Shown one piece after another: positions 46,813 through 57,033 of a DNA stretch of 64,000 nt. A program made the translations under genes and the position numbers. The notes under the pieces are model-generated. The model searched no databases, was not told where the DNA came from, and saw only the letters and a list, made by a program, of their open reading frames with translations. The DNA is from Flavobacteriales bacterium (GTDB taxonomy: Bacteria; Bacteroidota; Bacteroidia; Flavobacteriales; Flavobacteriaceae), in contig JAFLBS010000007.1 of the NCBI GenBank assembly GCA_017303755.1, positions 92,470 to 156,469 of the forward strand, in the 5' to 3' direction. Each line of letters begins with the position of its first letter. Position 1 is the first letter of the stretch.

Positions 46813-48636
46813 TTAGTCCTTAATAAATCTTGATGTTAAAATTTTATCATTTTCACCAATAATTTTTATGAGGTAAACTCCTTTTGTCAAATTTGAGGTA
46901 TCAAGTATATTATTTGAAATAGTAATCAGATGTACTTCTTGACCTAAGATATCATACGCAAAAATTTCTTTTATTGCACCTTGGCTTTGAATATTGAGAA
47001 TGTTTTGAGTTGGGTTAGGAGAAAGAACTAAATTATTATTTTCAAAATTCTCATTAGATAAGTTTGCTTGATTAAATTTTGCAATATAAGCATCTCGAAA
47101 TCCCGATCCATTAGGATAACCTGACAATATAAATCCATCAAAATTGATTGAATTACCTTGTATAAATTTTCCGCCAATAACAATTGATCCATTATTATCA
47201 ACTTCAAAATCGGCAGTTTCTAATTTAAAGTGATTTCCAGTTTGACGTGCCCAATTAATATCACTATTAGTATTTAATGCCGCTACAAAAGTCTTGTATT
47301 CAGGGTTTGATGATGAAATTGAAACAGAAACAAAATTAGAATTTGGTAATGTAAACCCTCCAAAATTAGTTGGAACTATATATTGCCCCAAAATATATAT
47401 AATACCATTATCATCCACTTCAATTCCATTACCACTTATGTATAAATTTGCAGGACTTGTTTTCATCCATAACTTTTCTCCAGTTGGGCTATATTTACAA
47501 ACCACCAAAACACGATCTCTTCTTACATCTGGGACATAAGGGATTGTTATGGATGAAGGACCAAAAGTTATTGAATGTGGAGCAAAAAAATCTAGGCCTG
47601 CACCACTTGTACTACCAACGGTATATACATTTCCTTGACTGTCTGTTGTTGTTTCATTAATATCGAATAACCATATATCTCCATAATCACTAAAATCTAG
47701 CCAGACAGCATTTCCATATGTGTCAATTTTTCCTGTGAAGCTACTATTCATTGTACCGCTAGTATCATTGCCTGTTGTATAGGTATTGGCACTTACAATT
47801 AAATTGGGACTATAAGTCGTACCGCTAAAATAAATGTAACCTAAATTGTCAACACCTATTTTAGTAATATTTTCTGTATCAATACCTTGAATTCCTTTTA
47901 GCCAAATTGGATTTCCATTGGTGTCATATTTTACAATAAAACAATCTTGACGGTATTGGTTATTTGCTACTACAAGATTTAACGATAAAGTTCCAGCGTT
48001 TATTGAACTAGCTCTCATTTGCCCAGATGCATATACATTTCCTTGGGAGTCAGTTTTTAGATTTATAAATTGTGATCCAACAACTACACTTGCAGGATAG
48101 TTCCCAAGAGTAGGTATTATTTTTTGAAGCCACATTACCGAACCTGAAGGAGAAATTTTTGCTATAAACCCTTTTAGACCTTGTATAGTATCAGTAGTAG
48201 AATAGTCACCTAAAGAAAAATTTAGAGATAAATAAGTTCCACAAACATAAATGTTATCTTCATTATCTGTTGTAACTGATGAGATAGTTTCGGAATATTC
48301 TCCATTTGATCTTAAGTACCACATCAAACTTCCAGAAGTATTGTATTTTGCAATATAGGTATCACCATAAGGACAGTTAGTACATGAACTTGGATAAGGC
48401 GACTGTTCTAAAGCATTGCCTTGCAAGTTAAAAGTACCTAATCCAGTGCTAAAATCTGTAGAGCTCTTAAAGAAACCAACCTCAATAACATTACCTTGCG
48501 TGTCGATGGCTACTTCTTCCACATTATCATTTACATCTCCAAAATTGGCCTTTGCCCATGCGAATGTTGGCGCTTGTGAGTAACCTTTTGTAAAAACTAC
48601 GTTCGTTACTAGCAGTAAAAAAATAATATTTTTCAT
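46813..48636 (-). CDS. T9SS-secreted beta-propeller (SBBP-like) protein
   Basis: Repeated D..GNVY..G and AKY...G...W units, CTD SPNPTQN. Confidence 0.88.
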   Translation of the reverse strand: MKNIIFLLLVTNVVFTKGYSQAPTFAWAKANFGDVNDNVEEVAIDTQGNVIEVGFFKSSTDFSTGLGTFNLQGNALEQSPYPSSCTNCPYGDTYIAKYNTSGSLMWYLRSNGEYSETISSVTTDNEDNIYVCGTYLSLNFSLGDYSTTDTIQGLKGFIAKISPSGSVMWLQKIIPTLGNYPASVVVGSQFINLKTDSQGNVYASGQMRASSINAGTLSLNLVVANNQYRQDCFIVKYDTNGNPIWLKGIQGIDTENITKIGVDNLGYIYFSGTTYSPNLIVSANTYTTGNDTSGTMNSSFTGKIDTYGNAVWLDFSDYGDIWLFDINETTTDSQGNVYTVGSTSGAGLDFFAPHSITFGPSSITIPYVPDVRRDRVLVVCKYSPTGEKLWMKTSPANLYISGNGIEVDDNGIIYILGQYIVPTNFGGFTLPNSNFVSVSISSSNPEYKTFVAALNTNSDINWARQTGNHFKLETADFEVDNNGSIVIGGKFIQGNSINFDGFILSGYPNGSGFRDAYIAKFNQANLSNENFENNNLVLSPNPTQNILNIQSQGAIKEIFAYDILGQEVHLITISNNILDTSNLTKGVYLIKIIGENDKILTSRFIKD

Positions 48637-48647
48637 AATAGTTTTTT

Positions 48648-49700
48648 TTAATGATTTTTATTTACAGTTATTCCAAAAAGGTATTTTGTTAAATTAAAGC
48701 GGATGACAATAAATTCATAAAATGAAAAGCTTCCCAGGATAGTAAGAAATAGTAGCAAAACATACTTTAATTCAACAGCTAGATTAAGTGGAAATAAAAT
48801 AGTTGATGCTAGATATAAAAATATCATATGTATTATATATACTGGATAGACTGCTTGTTTAAGATAAGACAACTGTTTACTACTCTTATTCAAATATTTA
48901 TAAGCGAATGCAAATAAAGATAATATCCAATTATTGGATTCAATAACAAGTAAATAATAGTTTAATTGCTTCATTGGTTCACTACTTCTTGCTATAAAAA
49001 GTGCTGCTGCTATTAAAAAGAAAAGCCATCTCCACTTAGCAATCATGTCCCAAATAGGTTCACCACAAAGCATAAATAAATATCCTGATAAAAAAGCTAC
49101 TAAACCAAGAAAAAAGCCATGAATAGTATAGGCATACATTTCATAGATTGGAGGTTTTAAAACTAGAGCTTCTACAATAAATAATATCATTAAAATAAGT
49201 AAACCTAGAGGACTACTAAACAATTTTTTTAGAAAGATAACAATACCACTAGTGCTCTTATTTTTAAAAAAAATAAAAATTGGAGATAGTAAAATTACAT
49301 ATACCAAAATATTACCAAGAAACCAAAGATGTCCCATGCTGGGTTTATAAGATAATTCATTTCCATAATAGTTTTGCATTAATAATAAATGAATTGGGAC
49401 AATTACAATGCTTCCGAAGAAAAATGGAATACCTATGCGTTTGAAACGTTCAGCCAAAACCTGCTTCCAATTTCTATTTTGTATAGCTAAAAATAGCCCC
49501 ATTCCTGAAACATAAAATAGAATTGGTATTCGCCATATATTTATCATTGTCATTGGTGTCCATAATGATTGCAGAAACTCATTGTTCGTGATAAAACCAA
49601 TGAAAAGTCCCCAAGGTTGAAAACCTATTGCGGTATGATAAATTAGTAATAAGCCAATTGCAATTACTCTTATCCAATCAATATCGTGTCGTCTTGTCAT
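48648..49700 (-). CDS. Acyltransferase family 3 (OpgC-like)
   Basis: RRHDIDWIRVIA, WRIPILFYVSG, HLWFL, YPVYIIH. Multi-TM. Confidence 0.9.
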   Translation of the reverse strand: MTRRHDIDWIRVIAIGLLLIYHTAIGFQPWGLFIGFITNNEFLQSLWTPMTMINIWRIPILFYVSGMGLFLAIQNRNWKQVLAERFKRIGIPFFFGSIVIVPIHLLLMQNYYGNELSYKPSMGHLWFLGNILVYVILLSPIFIFFKNKSTSGIVIFLKKLFSSPLGLLILMILFIVEALVLKPPIYEMYAYTIHGFFLGLVAFLSGYLFMLCGEPIWDMIAKWRWLFFLIAAALFIARSSEPMKQLNYYLLVIESNNWILSLFAFAYKYLNKSSKQLSYLKQAVYPVYIIHMIFLYLASTILFPLNLAVELKYVLLLFLTILGSFSFYEFIVIRFNLTKYLFGITVNKNH

Positions 49701-49712
49701 TTCAACTTTTAA

Positions 49713-50309
49713 TTATTTCAACATTTTAGCTATAACTGGTCTTGTTTTTTTTATGTAAGCATAGTCTAGTTTTAATCCTAAAGGAGCTAAAGCATTTCCC
49801 AACGCTTCATAAACTGGTTTAACCTGATCAAATGGAGTTAATAAAGTTTCTAAAGCTGTCTGTCCGTAATTATTTTTTATTGTTTTATTCGCCTTTTTTG
49901 CTAAAAGCATTTTTACAATTTCAGGACGACAGAAAAAAGATGCGGTTATAAGTGCTGTTGATCCATCATTGTTTTGAATGTTTAAATTTGCTCCGGCATT
50001 AATAAGTAGTTTTGCTATTTCTGTTTTACCAAAAAGGCATGCACTAATTAGCGGCGTACTACCGCCCATAGCTTCTTTAATATTAAGATCTGATTTTGCT
50101 GCAATGTGTTCTTTTACTGTTTTAATATCATTTTTTAAAACTGCTGTGTGCAGGTCTATTTTAGGAGTTGCAACTTTTTGTATATAGCTTATTTTTTTGG
50201 TGGAAACTATATTTGAATGTTTTGTATTGAATGCTAATAAAGTAAGCGAAGGTGCTAGAAGCATAATTGCAATAAATTGCGATAATTTGAATTTAATTTT
50301 TGTTTTCAT
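49713..50309 (-). CDS. Secreted ankyrin-repeat protein
   Basis: GSTPLISA, GSTALITA, GQTAL repeats. Confidence 0.9.
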   Translation of the reverse strand: MKTKIKFKLSQFIAIMLLAPSLTLLAFNTKHSNIVSTKKISYIQKVATPKIDLHTAVLKNDIKTVKEHIAAKSDLNIKEAMGGSTPLISACLFGKTEIAKLLINAGANLNIQNNDGSTALITASFFCRPEIVKMLLAKKANKTIKNNYGQTALETLLTPFDQVKPVYEALGNALAPLGLKLDYAYIKKTRPVIAKMLK

Positions 50310-50426
50310 TGTTTTTAAATTTTTTTTAATGATTTTAATATTTTATAAAATAAAAGGCAATAGAATTTAACCTACTCAAAATTTTCTTTTTTGAATAGTG
50401 CTTTTAACATTAGCAAGAATTAATGA

Positions 50427-50639
50427 CTACTTGCTATCAGGTCTGTATTCTAGTATATCAGCTGGTTGACAATCTAATGCTTTACAAATAGATTCAAGTG
50501 TACTAAACCGAATGGCTTTTGCTTTACCTGTCTTTAAAATAGAAAGGTTGGATAGCGTTAAATCTACTTTTTCTGAGAGTTCGTTTAATGACATTTTTCT
50601 TTTTGCCATCATCACATCGAGGTTTACTATTATTCCCAT
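50427..50639 (-). CDS. Cro/C1 HTH regulator (YozG-like)
   Basis: NLSILKTGKAKAIRFSTLESICKALDCQPADIL. Confidence 0.92.
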   Translation of the reverse strand: MGIIVNLDVMMAKRKMSLNELSEKVDLTLSNLSILKTGKAKAIRFSTLESICKALDCQPADILEYRPDSK

Positions 50640-50642
50640 GGC

Positions 50643-51191
50643 TTATATTGTTAAATCGTTTTCTTCTTGTAATTCAATACCTCTTTTAAAAATTTGCGCA
50701 ATTACAAAAATGATTACAGACATAAATAACCATACACCAGCCCCATCAAAACCCATCTTTTCTACTTTGGGCATACTAATGTTTTTTTCTGCTAACCATT
50801 GAGAATAACCAATACCGAATTTAGAAAATAATCCTATTGCTAAAACTATATAAGCTATATTGACTATTACTTTTCTTAACCCTATACTAAAAGGTTCTGA
50901 CAGATTTAGCTTCTTATAATTGAGAGCATTAACAATTTGATAGAACATTAAAGCCTTCAATATTGCTACTATGCTCATTAATAGTACAATCACAAAAAAA
51001 TAAACATAGTCAAAACTGTATAGTGCTGAAAAATCAATTCCTTCCCAAAAATTGTTTGCAGCAACTGGGTTTATAAAGTGAGTAAAAATTGAGTTGAAGA
51101 TTATTCCTCCAGCTTCAATACATAATCCAAGGAAAATAATCCAGGAAAGAACGTTTAAAAATTTTAAAATGTTCTGCGTACTAATTTTCAT
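50643..51191 (-). CDS. DUF2975 membrane protein
   Basis: Four TM segments, C-terminal IFKRGIELQEENDLTI, paired with a YozG-like HTH. Confidence 0.9.
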   Translation of the reverse strand: MKISTQNILKFLNVLSWIIFLGLCIEAGGIIFNSIFTHFINPVAANNFWEGIDFSALYSFDYVYFFVIVLLMSIVAILKALMFYQIVNALNYKKLNLSEPFSIGLRKVIVNIAYIVLAIGLFSKFGIGYSQWLAEKNISMPKVEKMGFDGAGVWLFMSVIIFVIAQIFKRGIELQEENDLTI

Positions 51192-51359
51192 TTGTGTTTT
51201 AAATATTAAGTTAATGATTGAGCAAATGTAATAAATATATATTGATAAACAATAAAAATATATTAAAAAAATACAAATTTTTTATAAAAACGAGCGAAAT
51301 CAATGCTTGAAGAACAGTAAAGAGTATTCAAATTTGAGTTGTTTTATTTAAAATTTTGA

Positions 51360-51587
51360 TTAATGATTGACTTTTGTTGCAAATTTTTTGCTTTGTAAAA
51401 AGAACTTTTCTTTCAAAATCATCATATCCTCACTAACTTTTCTATCCAATACCTTAGCATAATGTTGAGTAGTTCTCAAATTTTTATGTCCTAGCATTTT
51501 GCTAAAACTTTCAATTGGAACACCATTTGTTAAAGTTACAGTAGTTGCGAATGTATGTCGAACAATGTGAAATGTTAGCTCTTTTAG
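51360..51587 (-). pseudogene. 3' remnant of a tyrosine integrase
   Basis: Manual translation ILKELTFHIVRHTFATTVTLTNGVPIESFSKMLGHKNLRTTQHYAKVLDRKVSEDM...*, near-identical to the C-terminus of 59683-60939. No 5' part and no start. Not in the ORF track. Confidence 0.9.
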
Positions 51588-51717
51588 AATTTATTAGGGT
51601 ATAAATTATTTCTAAATCAATAAAATTAAGCTGTTCATTTAGATTTGAAAGTAGTAGGTTAATTTTTGGGTTCAACTTATGAATTCTTACTATTTATTTC
51701 TTTTTTTTAATTCAAAA

Positions 51718-52182
51718 TTAATTATAATCACAATTACAAATCATTTTACCAATAAATACAATTTGTCCAACATGGTAAGGATAATGTGCAACTTGCTTGT
51801 TTATTGCATCATTTAAAATAATTTTTTGATTACTAATAAGAATTTCCTTTTCTAAATCTTCATTTTTTATATTTTCTAATGCATTAAAAAAGCAATTCCA
51901 ACCTTTTTCCCATTTGTCTATTAATTCCTGTCGATTAGTAATCGTATTTTCAAATTCTTCAGTTCTATTTCTCCATTCTTTTTCACCATCGGTATTCATA
52001 AAATCAGTCCATCGAGATAACATATTCCCAGAAAGGTGTTTGATTAATGTTGCAATACTATTACTACACTCATTATACTTCCAAAAAAAATCTTCCTCTT
52101 TAATTTTTGAAAGTGTATTATCGCCAAGTGATTTATAATACAGCATTTGTTTTCTTATATTTTCTAAAGTGCAATTATTCAT
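51718..52182 (-). CDS. DUF1572/DinB-like protein
   Basis: NSIATLIKHLSGNMLSRWTDF...HYPYHVGQIV. Confidence 0.88.
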   Translation of the reverse strand: MNNCTLENIRKQMLYYKSLGDNTLSKIKEEDFFWKYNECSNSIATLIKHLSGNMLSRWTDFMNTDGEKEWRNRTEEFENTITNRQELIDKWEKGWNCFFNALENIKNEDLEKEILISNQKIILNDAINKQVAHYPYHVGQIVFIGKMICNCDYN

Positions 52183-52237
52183 AAATCAAATTTTAAATTT
52201 CTTAGTGCCTTTTATAAGTAACAATCGTTTTATTCAG

Positions 52238-52819
52238 TTATGGTTGTAATTTAGTTACTTTCCAATTTTCATTATGTTTTTTATACAATCTTCTAACGTG
52301 GAAACGAGTTAGTTCAAATTCTAAAATCTCAATTCTAATGGGTTCTATTCGATAACCACTCCAATTATTTGGTCTTGTTATTTGTTTGTTTTTGCCTTCT
52401 ATTTCCATTTTTTCATAGGCAGTTACCAAATCTTCCATTTTTTCTATTTCAGCTCCTTGGTCACTAACTATTGACACAATTTGACTATCAAGATTACGTT
52501 CAGAAAAATACTTATCTGCTAGGTCATCACTTATTCTTGTTGCCACACCTTGAATACGTACTTGCTTCTCAGTTTCTGTCCACCAAAATGTTAATGAGAC
52601 TTTTTCAGATTGATTAATCTCTATACCTTTTCTTGACGTTATACTTCCAGTAATAATGAAACAATCATCTATAATATCTTTAAAAGAAACAAATCGTGCA
52701 TTAGGGAAACCATCTAAACCGTTTGTTGAAAAACAACAAGCTGTTGGAATTCTTACTTTACTCAATTTTTGTTCTTCATTAAATAATTGTTTAAAAATTT
52801 CTATTGGATTATGCTCCAT
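52238..52819 (-). CDS. pdxH: Pyridoxine/pyridoxamine 5'-phosphate oxidase-like
   Basis: PNARFV, SRKG, QVRIQG, RPNNWSGY, RFHVR. Confidence 0.8.
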   Translation of the reverse strand: MEHNPIEIFKQLFNEEQKLSKVRIPTACCFSTNGLDGFPNARFVSFKDIIDDCFIITGSITSRKGIEINQSEKVSLTFWWTETEKQVRIQGVATRISDDLADKYFSERNLDSQIVSIVSDQGAEIEKMEDLVTAYEKMEIEGKNKQITRPNNWSGYRIEPIRIEILEFELTRFHVRRLYKKHNENWKVTKLQP

Positions 52820-52830
52820 TTGATTATGAT

Positions 52831-53538
52831 TTAATTTTTGAAATTGATTAAATGCGTTTCTATTTTATCCTCGTGGATTTCAATTATTCGATAACCAAAA
52901 TTTAAATTGTCAATTTGAATTTTATCTGCATTTTTCACCAATTGAAATGACAATGACTGTGTTGTGATTTGTTTAATATTTTCAAGCTCAAATTCGTCGT
53001 TCATATGATAATGACCACAAAAAACAGTAATATTATTTTTTTGATGCAATAAAATTGACTTTAATTCTTCTCTATTTTTCAAAGGATATTGATTATCAAC
53101 TGGAGTATTTATTGGTAAAATAGGATGATGAATGAAAACTAATATTTTCTTATTGATTTTAAGTTCTGATTGTAACCAAAGTAATTGACTGTTACTTATT
53201 TCATCTGTAGAAGTATCTAAAAACAAGTACAAATAATTTTCATCTTCAACTTTGTAATACAATTCGTTCTTACTTTTATCAATTATAAAATGATCTTTGA
53301 CGTTTTTAAATTTATCATGATTTCCTAAAACTAATTTAAAAGTGAACGGTTTTAAAGCATCAAAAAAATAGATGTGTGACGAAGCTTCTCCAATATCACC
53401 ACCAAAAATAATTTCATTGACACCTTGTTTAGAAATATCTTGCAAAACAATTTCAAGGTTTTGTTTTGGATTTACATTATTGTCAATTGGAAATTGCTCG
53501 TCCAAATGTACATCGGTTATATAAGCTATTCTTCTCAT
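52831..53538 (-). CDS. Metallophosphoesterase (CpdA/Icc-like)
   Basis: TDVH, GGD, LGNHD, HHP, CGHYH. Confidence 0.9.
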   Translation of the reverse strand: MRRIAYITDVHLDEQFPIDNNVNPKQNLEIVLQDISKQGVNEIIFGGDIGEASSHIYFFDALKPFTFKLVLGNHDKFKNVKDHFIIDKSKNELYYKVEDENYLYLFLDTSTDEISNSQLLWLQSELKINKKILVFIHHPILPINTPVDNQYPLKNREELKSILLHQKNNITVFCGHYHMNDEFELENIKQITTQSLSFQLVKNADKIQIDNLNFGYRIIEIHEDKIETHLINFKN

Positions 53539-53659
53539 AATTTATTTCATAGTTATTTGTTTAACCTTTTTAAATATTACCTTCTATAATTATCTACAAA
53601 TGTTGAGTTTACAAATGTCAGTTCTACTAATATCAAATCGATTTTGTAGCACTTGTTTC

Positions 53660-54412
53660 TTAATGGTGATGTTTACCATATTTTTTCAATGCAGTTTCAA
53701 CGTCTAATATTGGTGCTTTCAGTGTTCCATTTTTCAAATCTTCGGAATTGTAGATGTCTAAATTGTGAATATCATAAATTTTGTCGTTTAGGTCAAGCAT
53801 AATCACATCAAAAGTAAATGCTGTTTCTGTGTTGGCAATAAACCAATGAACATTGTCTTTCTCGTCAGAAATTGAAGAACTTTCACCGAGTTTGGCGATT
53901 TTATCAATGGTTGGTTTTATAATTAGATTTTGACCGTCTTGCTCAATTTTTTCGTAATGTCGAAGGTGCATTTCTCCATTTAAAATTAAATGAGCGGAAG
54001 CCATATTACTGTGTCCGTGTGGAATAATCGCTCTATCTTTTTGCATTCCAAAAATTTTTTTTACAAAAACTGTATTTTCGGGTAGTCCTTCAAGTTTCGG
54101 AAATTTTACTGGCTTAGTTGCTACTCCTAAGTTTGGGTATTCAAAGCCTTTGACAAGGTTGTCAAAATCGATAAACTTTACTATTTCCTTTAGTTCAATT
54201 TGATTATAAAGCTCTTCCATTTTCTGTTGCCATTGAAGAGTTGTAATACTGTTCATTTTCAAATCTGAACAAAATTCATTCAGTTGAATTGCCCAATGTT
54301 GTATAATGGGTTTTGTTTTATTGTTGATTCCGTTACATGCAATAAGTGTATCCATTAGCGCAAAACTTGCAACTGTGGCTAAAATTCCCTTTGTAAATTC
54401 TCTTCTTTCCAT
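53660..54412 (-). CDS. Tat-exported cupin-fold protein (thiol dioxygenase-like)
   Basis: MERREF twin-arginine leader, IIPHGH...H metal motif. Confidence 0.65.
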   Translation of the reverse strand: MERREFTKGILATVASFALMDTLIACNGINNKTKPIIQHWAIQLNEFCSDLKMNSITTLQWQQKMEELYNQIELKEIVKFIDFDNLVKGFEYPNLGVATKPVKFPKLEGLPENTVFVKKIFGMQKDRAIIPHGHSNMASAHLILNGEMHLRHYEKIEQDGQNLIIKPTIDKIAKLGESSSISDEKDNVHWFIANTETAFTFDVIMLDLNDKIYDIHNLDIYNSEDLKNGTLKAPILDVETALKKYGKHHH

Positions 54413-54550
54413 TATTATATGATTTGTTTGTTAGCATTTTCAATAATGTACTTCAACATCTTTATTTTTAAAACTTAAAAAATAGAAAAGCCAAACACTT
54501 GATAAAGTTATCTTGCACAAGAATTTAGTTTTTATGTAAATAGAAAAACA

Positions 54551-55402
54551 TCAATTAATAATTTGTAATTCTTTAAATATTTTTTTAGTAATTTCTTTTC
54601 TGCAACTTCCAAAATCATCTCTGTTTTTTATTCTTGACTGAAGTAGTCTTGTAGCGAAAAAATAGGTGTTATTTTTAGTTTTTAAATAACCAACCCACCA
54701 ACCTGTATTGGTATCATTTTCTCTTGTCCAACCTGTTTTTGCACTAATTGTATATTCATTTACTTGTTCTGAAATCATTACTTTTTTTACAATATCAATA
54801 TTTCGTTTTGAGAATGGTAGTTTGTTATCATAAAGTTTTTTTAGAAATTCAACTTGGTTTATTGGTGAAATACCAAAACTGCCAAAGTTCCAAAAGTCAT
54901 CATCTTTTTCAGTAAGATTGAGGTTACCATAACTACACTTAGATAAATATTTTTTATATTCTTCTTTGCCAATTTTTTTTGCTAACTCAATAAATACCCA
55001 ACCAGCGGAAACCTTAAATGCTTCTTTAACAGTCATATCGTGATAAATTTCGGGTCTATTACCATATTTTATAGTATCTGTTTTACCAATCCATTTTACA
55101 ATTTCGTTTTCGTCCTTGATTGTTTTAGTTTCTAATGCTATCAATAAATTGATTATTTTGAAAGTTGAAGCAGGTAAGGTTTCTTTTTTAATTTCTATAG
55201 TATCTGAAACTATCCATTCTTTTTTTGAATTATCAAAGATTACAATTGATCCATTAACCTGACAGCTGTCGAAATATGTTTTGAATTCATTATGAATTTT
55301 AAAATCATTATTTATTGTATTTAATGATGTCTCACATTTCTTTTGTGGTGAACATGAGAAAGACAATTGTATTATTGCTAATATTAAAATTATATTTTTC
55401 AT
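54551..55402 (-). CDS. Class D (OXA-type) beta-lactamase family lipoprotein
   Basis: PASTFK, SAGW (SxV position), YGN, KTG, GWWVG, lipobox SFSC. Confidence 0.88.
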   Translation of the reverse strand: MKNIILILAIIQLSFSCSPQKKCETSLNTINNDFKIHNEFKTYFDSCQVNGSIVIFDNSKKEWIVSDTIEIKKETLPASTFKIINLLIALETKTIKDENEIVKWIGKTDTIKYGNRPEIYHDMTVKEAFKVSAGWVFIELAKKIGKEEYKKYLSKCSYGNLNLTEKDDDFWNFGSFGISPINQVEFLKKLYDNKLPFSKRNIDIVKKVMISEQVNEYTISAKTGWTRENDTNTGWWVGYLKTKNNTYFFATRLLQSRIKNRDDFGSCRKEITKKIFKELQIIN

Positions 55403-55407
55403 AATAA

Positions 55408-56178
55408 TTATCTAATTTCTTTTCCTTGAGCTAAATGAAAATGTATATGAGGCGTATCTTGAAATTTACCTAAATTGGTTAATAATTTCACGCCTTCTGA
55501 CAAGTCCAAATCTTTTGCCAAGTCTCTTGCCACATGCATAATTTGTGTTATGATTTTCATATCTTCATCGGATACACTTATCAAATCCTTGATGTGTTTT
55601 TTAGGGATTATTACAATATGTTTTTCCCAAAATGGTCTTGTATGATAAAAAGCCAAGACATCTTTTGATTCAAAAAGAATATCAATTTTGGTTTTACCGG
55701 ATAAGGCTTCTTCACAATAGAAGTCATATTTGTCTTCTTCCAATACCATAATACTTTCTTTTATTTTTGAAATTGGCAAAAGGTCAGGTTCCATCCATTT
55801 TTGTCTAGCTGAAATTGAAAAAAGCAATTCTTTAGAATAAAAATGTAATGGAAATTTTGGGTTTGCAAAACTGGTTTGAATAAATTCTAGGTAAGTCGCA
55901 TTAGTATTCCTTCTATTTTTCAAAGCACAATATTCAAAAACAACGGTTAGCCAAAAAATAGTCAACGTTTCATGATAACCAGAATTTTCATTATTCTCTT
56001 TACCAACAGAAACATTGTAATCTTTTATGCTTTCTCTAATTTTAGAGAGTGACTTCTCAATAGTTTTATAATTGTCTATATAGACAAATGCTACAGCAAA
56101 ATGAGCATTATGTGTCCATTCTTCTTTTGGAAGTGTTTTGTTTTCAAATTGTGCAGTTAATTTATTTGCATCTACCAT
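55408..56178 (-). CDS. Fusion of an unknown helical domain and a HIT domain
   Basis: N-half WTH..H...YHETLT.FW, C-half HIVIIPKKH...HIHFH. Confidence 0.75.
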   Translation of the reverse strand: MVDANKLTAQFENKTLPKEEWTHNAHFAVAFVYIDNYKTIEKSLSKIRESIKDYNVSVGKENNENSGYHETLTIFWLTVVFEYCALKNRRNTNATYLEFIQTSFANPKFPLHFYSKELLFSISARQKWMEPDLLPISKIKESIMVLEEDKYDFYCEEALSGKTKIDILFESKDVLAFYHTRPFWEKHIVIIPKKHIKDLISVSDEDMKIITQIMHVARDLAKDLDLSEGVKLLTNLGKFQDTPHIHFHLAQGKEIR

Positions 56179-56208
56179 ATTGATTATACGATTTTTGTTT
56201 AAATTGTC

Positions 56209-56883
56209 TTAATTCAATAGTTGTTCATAAAATCCACCAATATTATTTTTCTTGTCAACAAAGTGCATTTCTAAAACCCAATTTCTTGCTTTTCCATTTG
56301 CATCTAATTCAAACATATTATTATGATTATCAGGATGAACATAAAGTTGATAATTTCCAGGTTCTAATCTTTCATGAGGAAACTCACCAATTAAATGCCC
56401 TGCTATTTCTCCACCAAATTCCCAACCATATTCATTTGCTTTAGCAACAGCAAATTCAAATAATTTTGAAGCTTTTAATTCTTTTTGTTCATCAAACCAA
56501 ATTTTAGTTTCTTTCCAAGCTTTTTCAATGTCATTTTTTAATTTATGTTTTAATGGATCAGAACCAATGACATAAGTTCTTCCTAAATCAGCTTCCCAGT
56601 TCTCTATAATAGGTCCAAAGTCAAAAAATAGAATGTCGTTTTCTTGGATAATTCTATTTGGTGGATTTTCTTTGTATGGATGTAGCGTATTCTCACCACA
56701 TCTTACTATTCTTTTGTGCCAATGCTTCTCGATGCCAAACATTTCTTTTGCTATAATGAAAATTTCTTCGTTTAGAGTATCTTCATCTTTTCCTGAAACA
56801 ATTAGGTTTCTGTTTTCAATTTCATTAAAAAGTTCTAATGCAATTTCTTCCGCCTTAATTAAATTAGTTTTTACTTCGGTCAT
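56209..56883 (-). CDS. M24 metallopeptidase
   Basis: FDFGP..EADLGRT, GHLIG, EMHF. Confidence 0.85.
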   Translation of the reverse strand: MTEVKTNLIKAEEIALELFNEIENRNLIVSGKDEDTLNEEIFIIAKEMFGIEKHWHKRIVRCGENTLHPYKENPPNRIIQENDILFFDFGPIIENWEADLGRTYVIGSDPLKHKLKNDIEKAWKETKIWFDEQKELKASKLFEFAVAKANEYGWEFGGEIAGHLIGEFPHERLEPGNYQLYVHPDNHNNMFELDANGKARNWVLEMHFVDKKNNIGGFYEQLLN

Positions 56884-57033
56884 TTTTTACTTTTATTTTG
56901 ATTGGATTTCTTGTTAGAATAATATGTATAATTACTTCACTTAAATACAAATTGATATGATTTAAGCTGTTTTAGCAAAGATAATGAGCAATGTATTTGA
57001 TTTTATGACACCTATGTGTCATTTTGTATTGAA

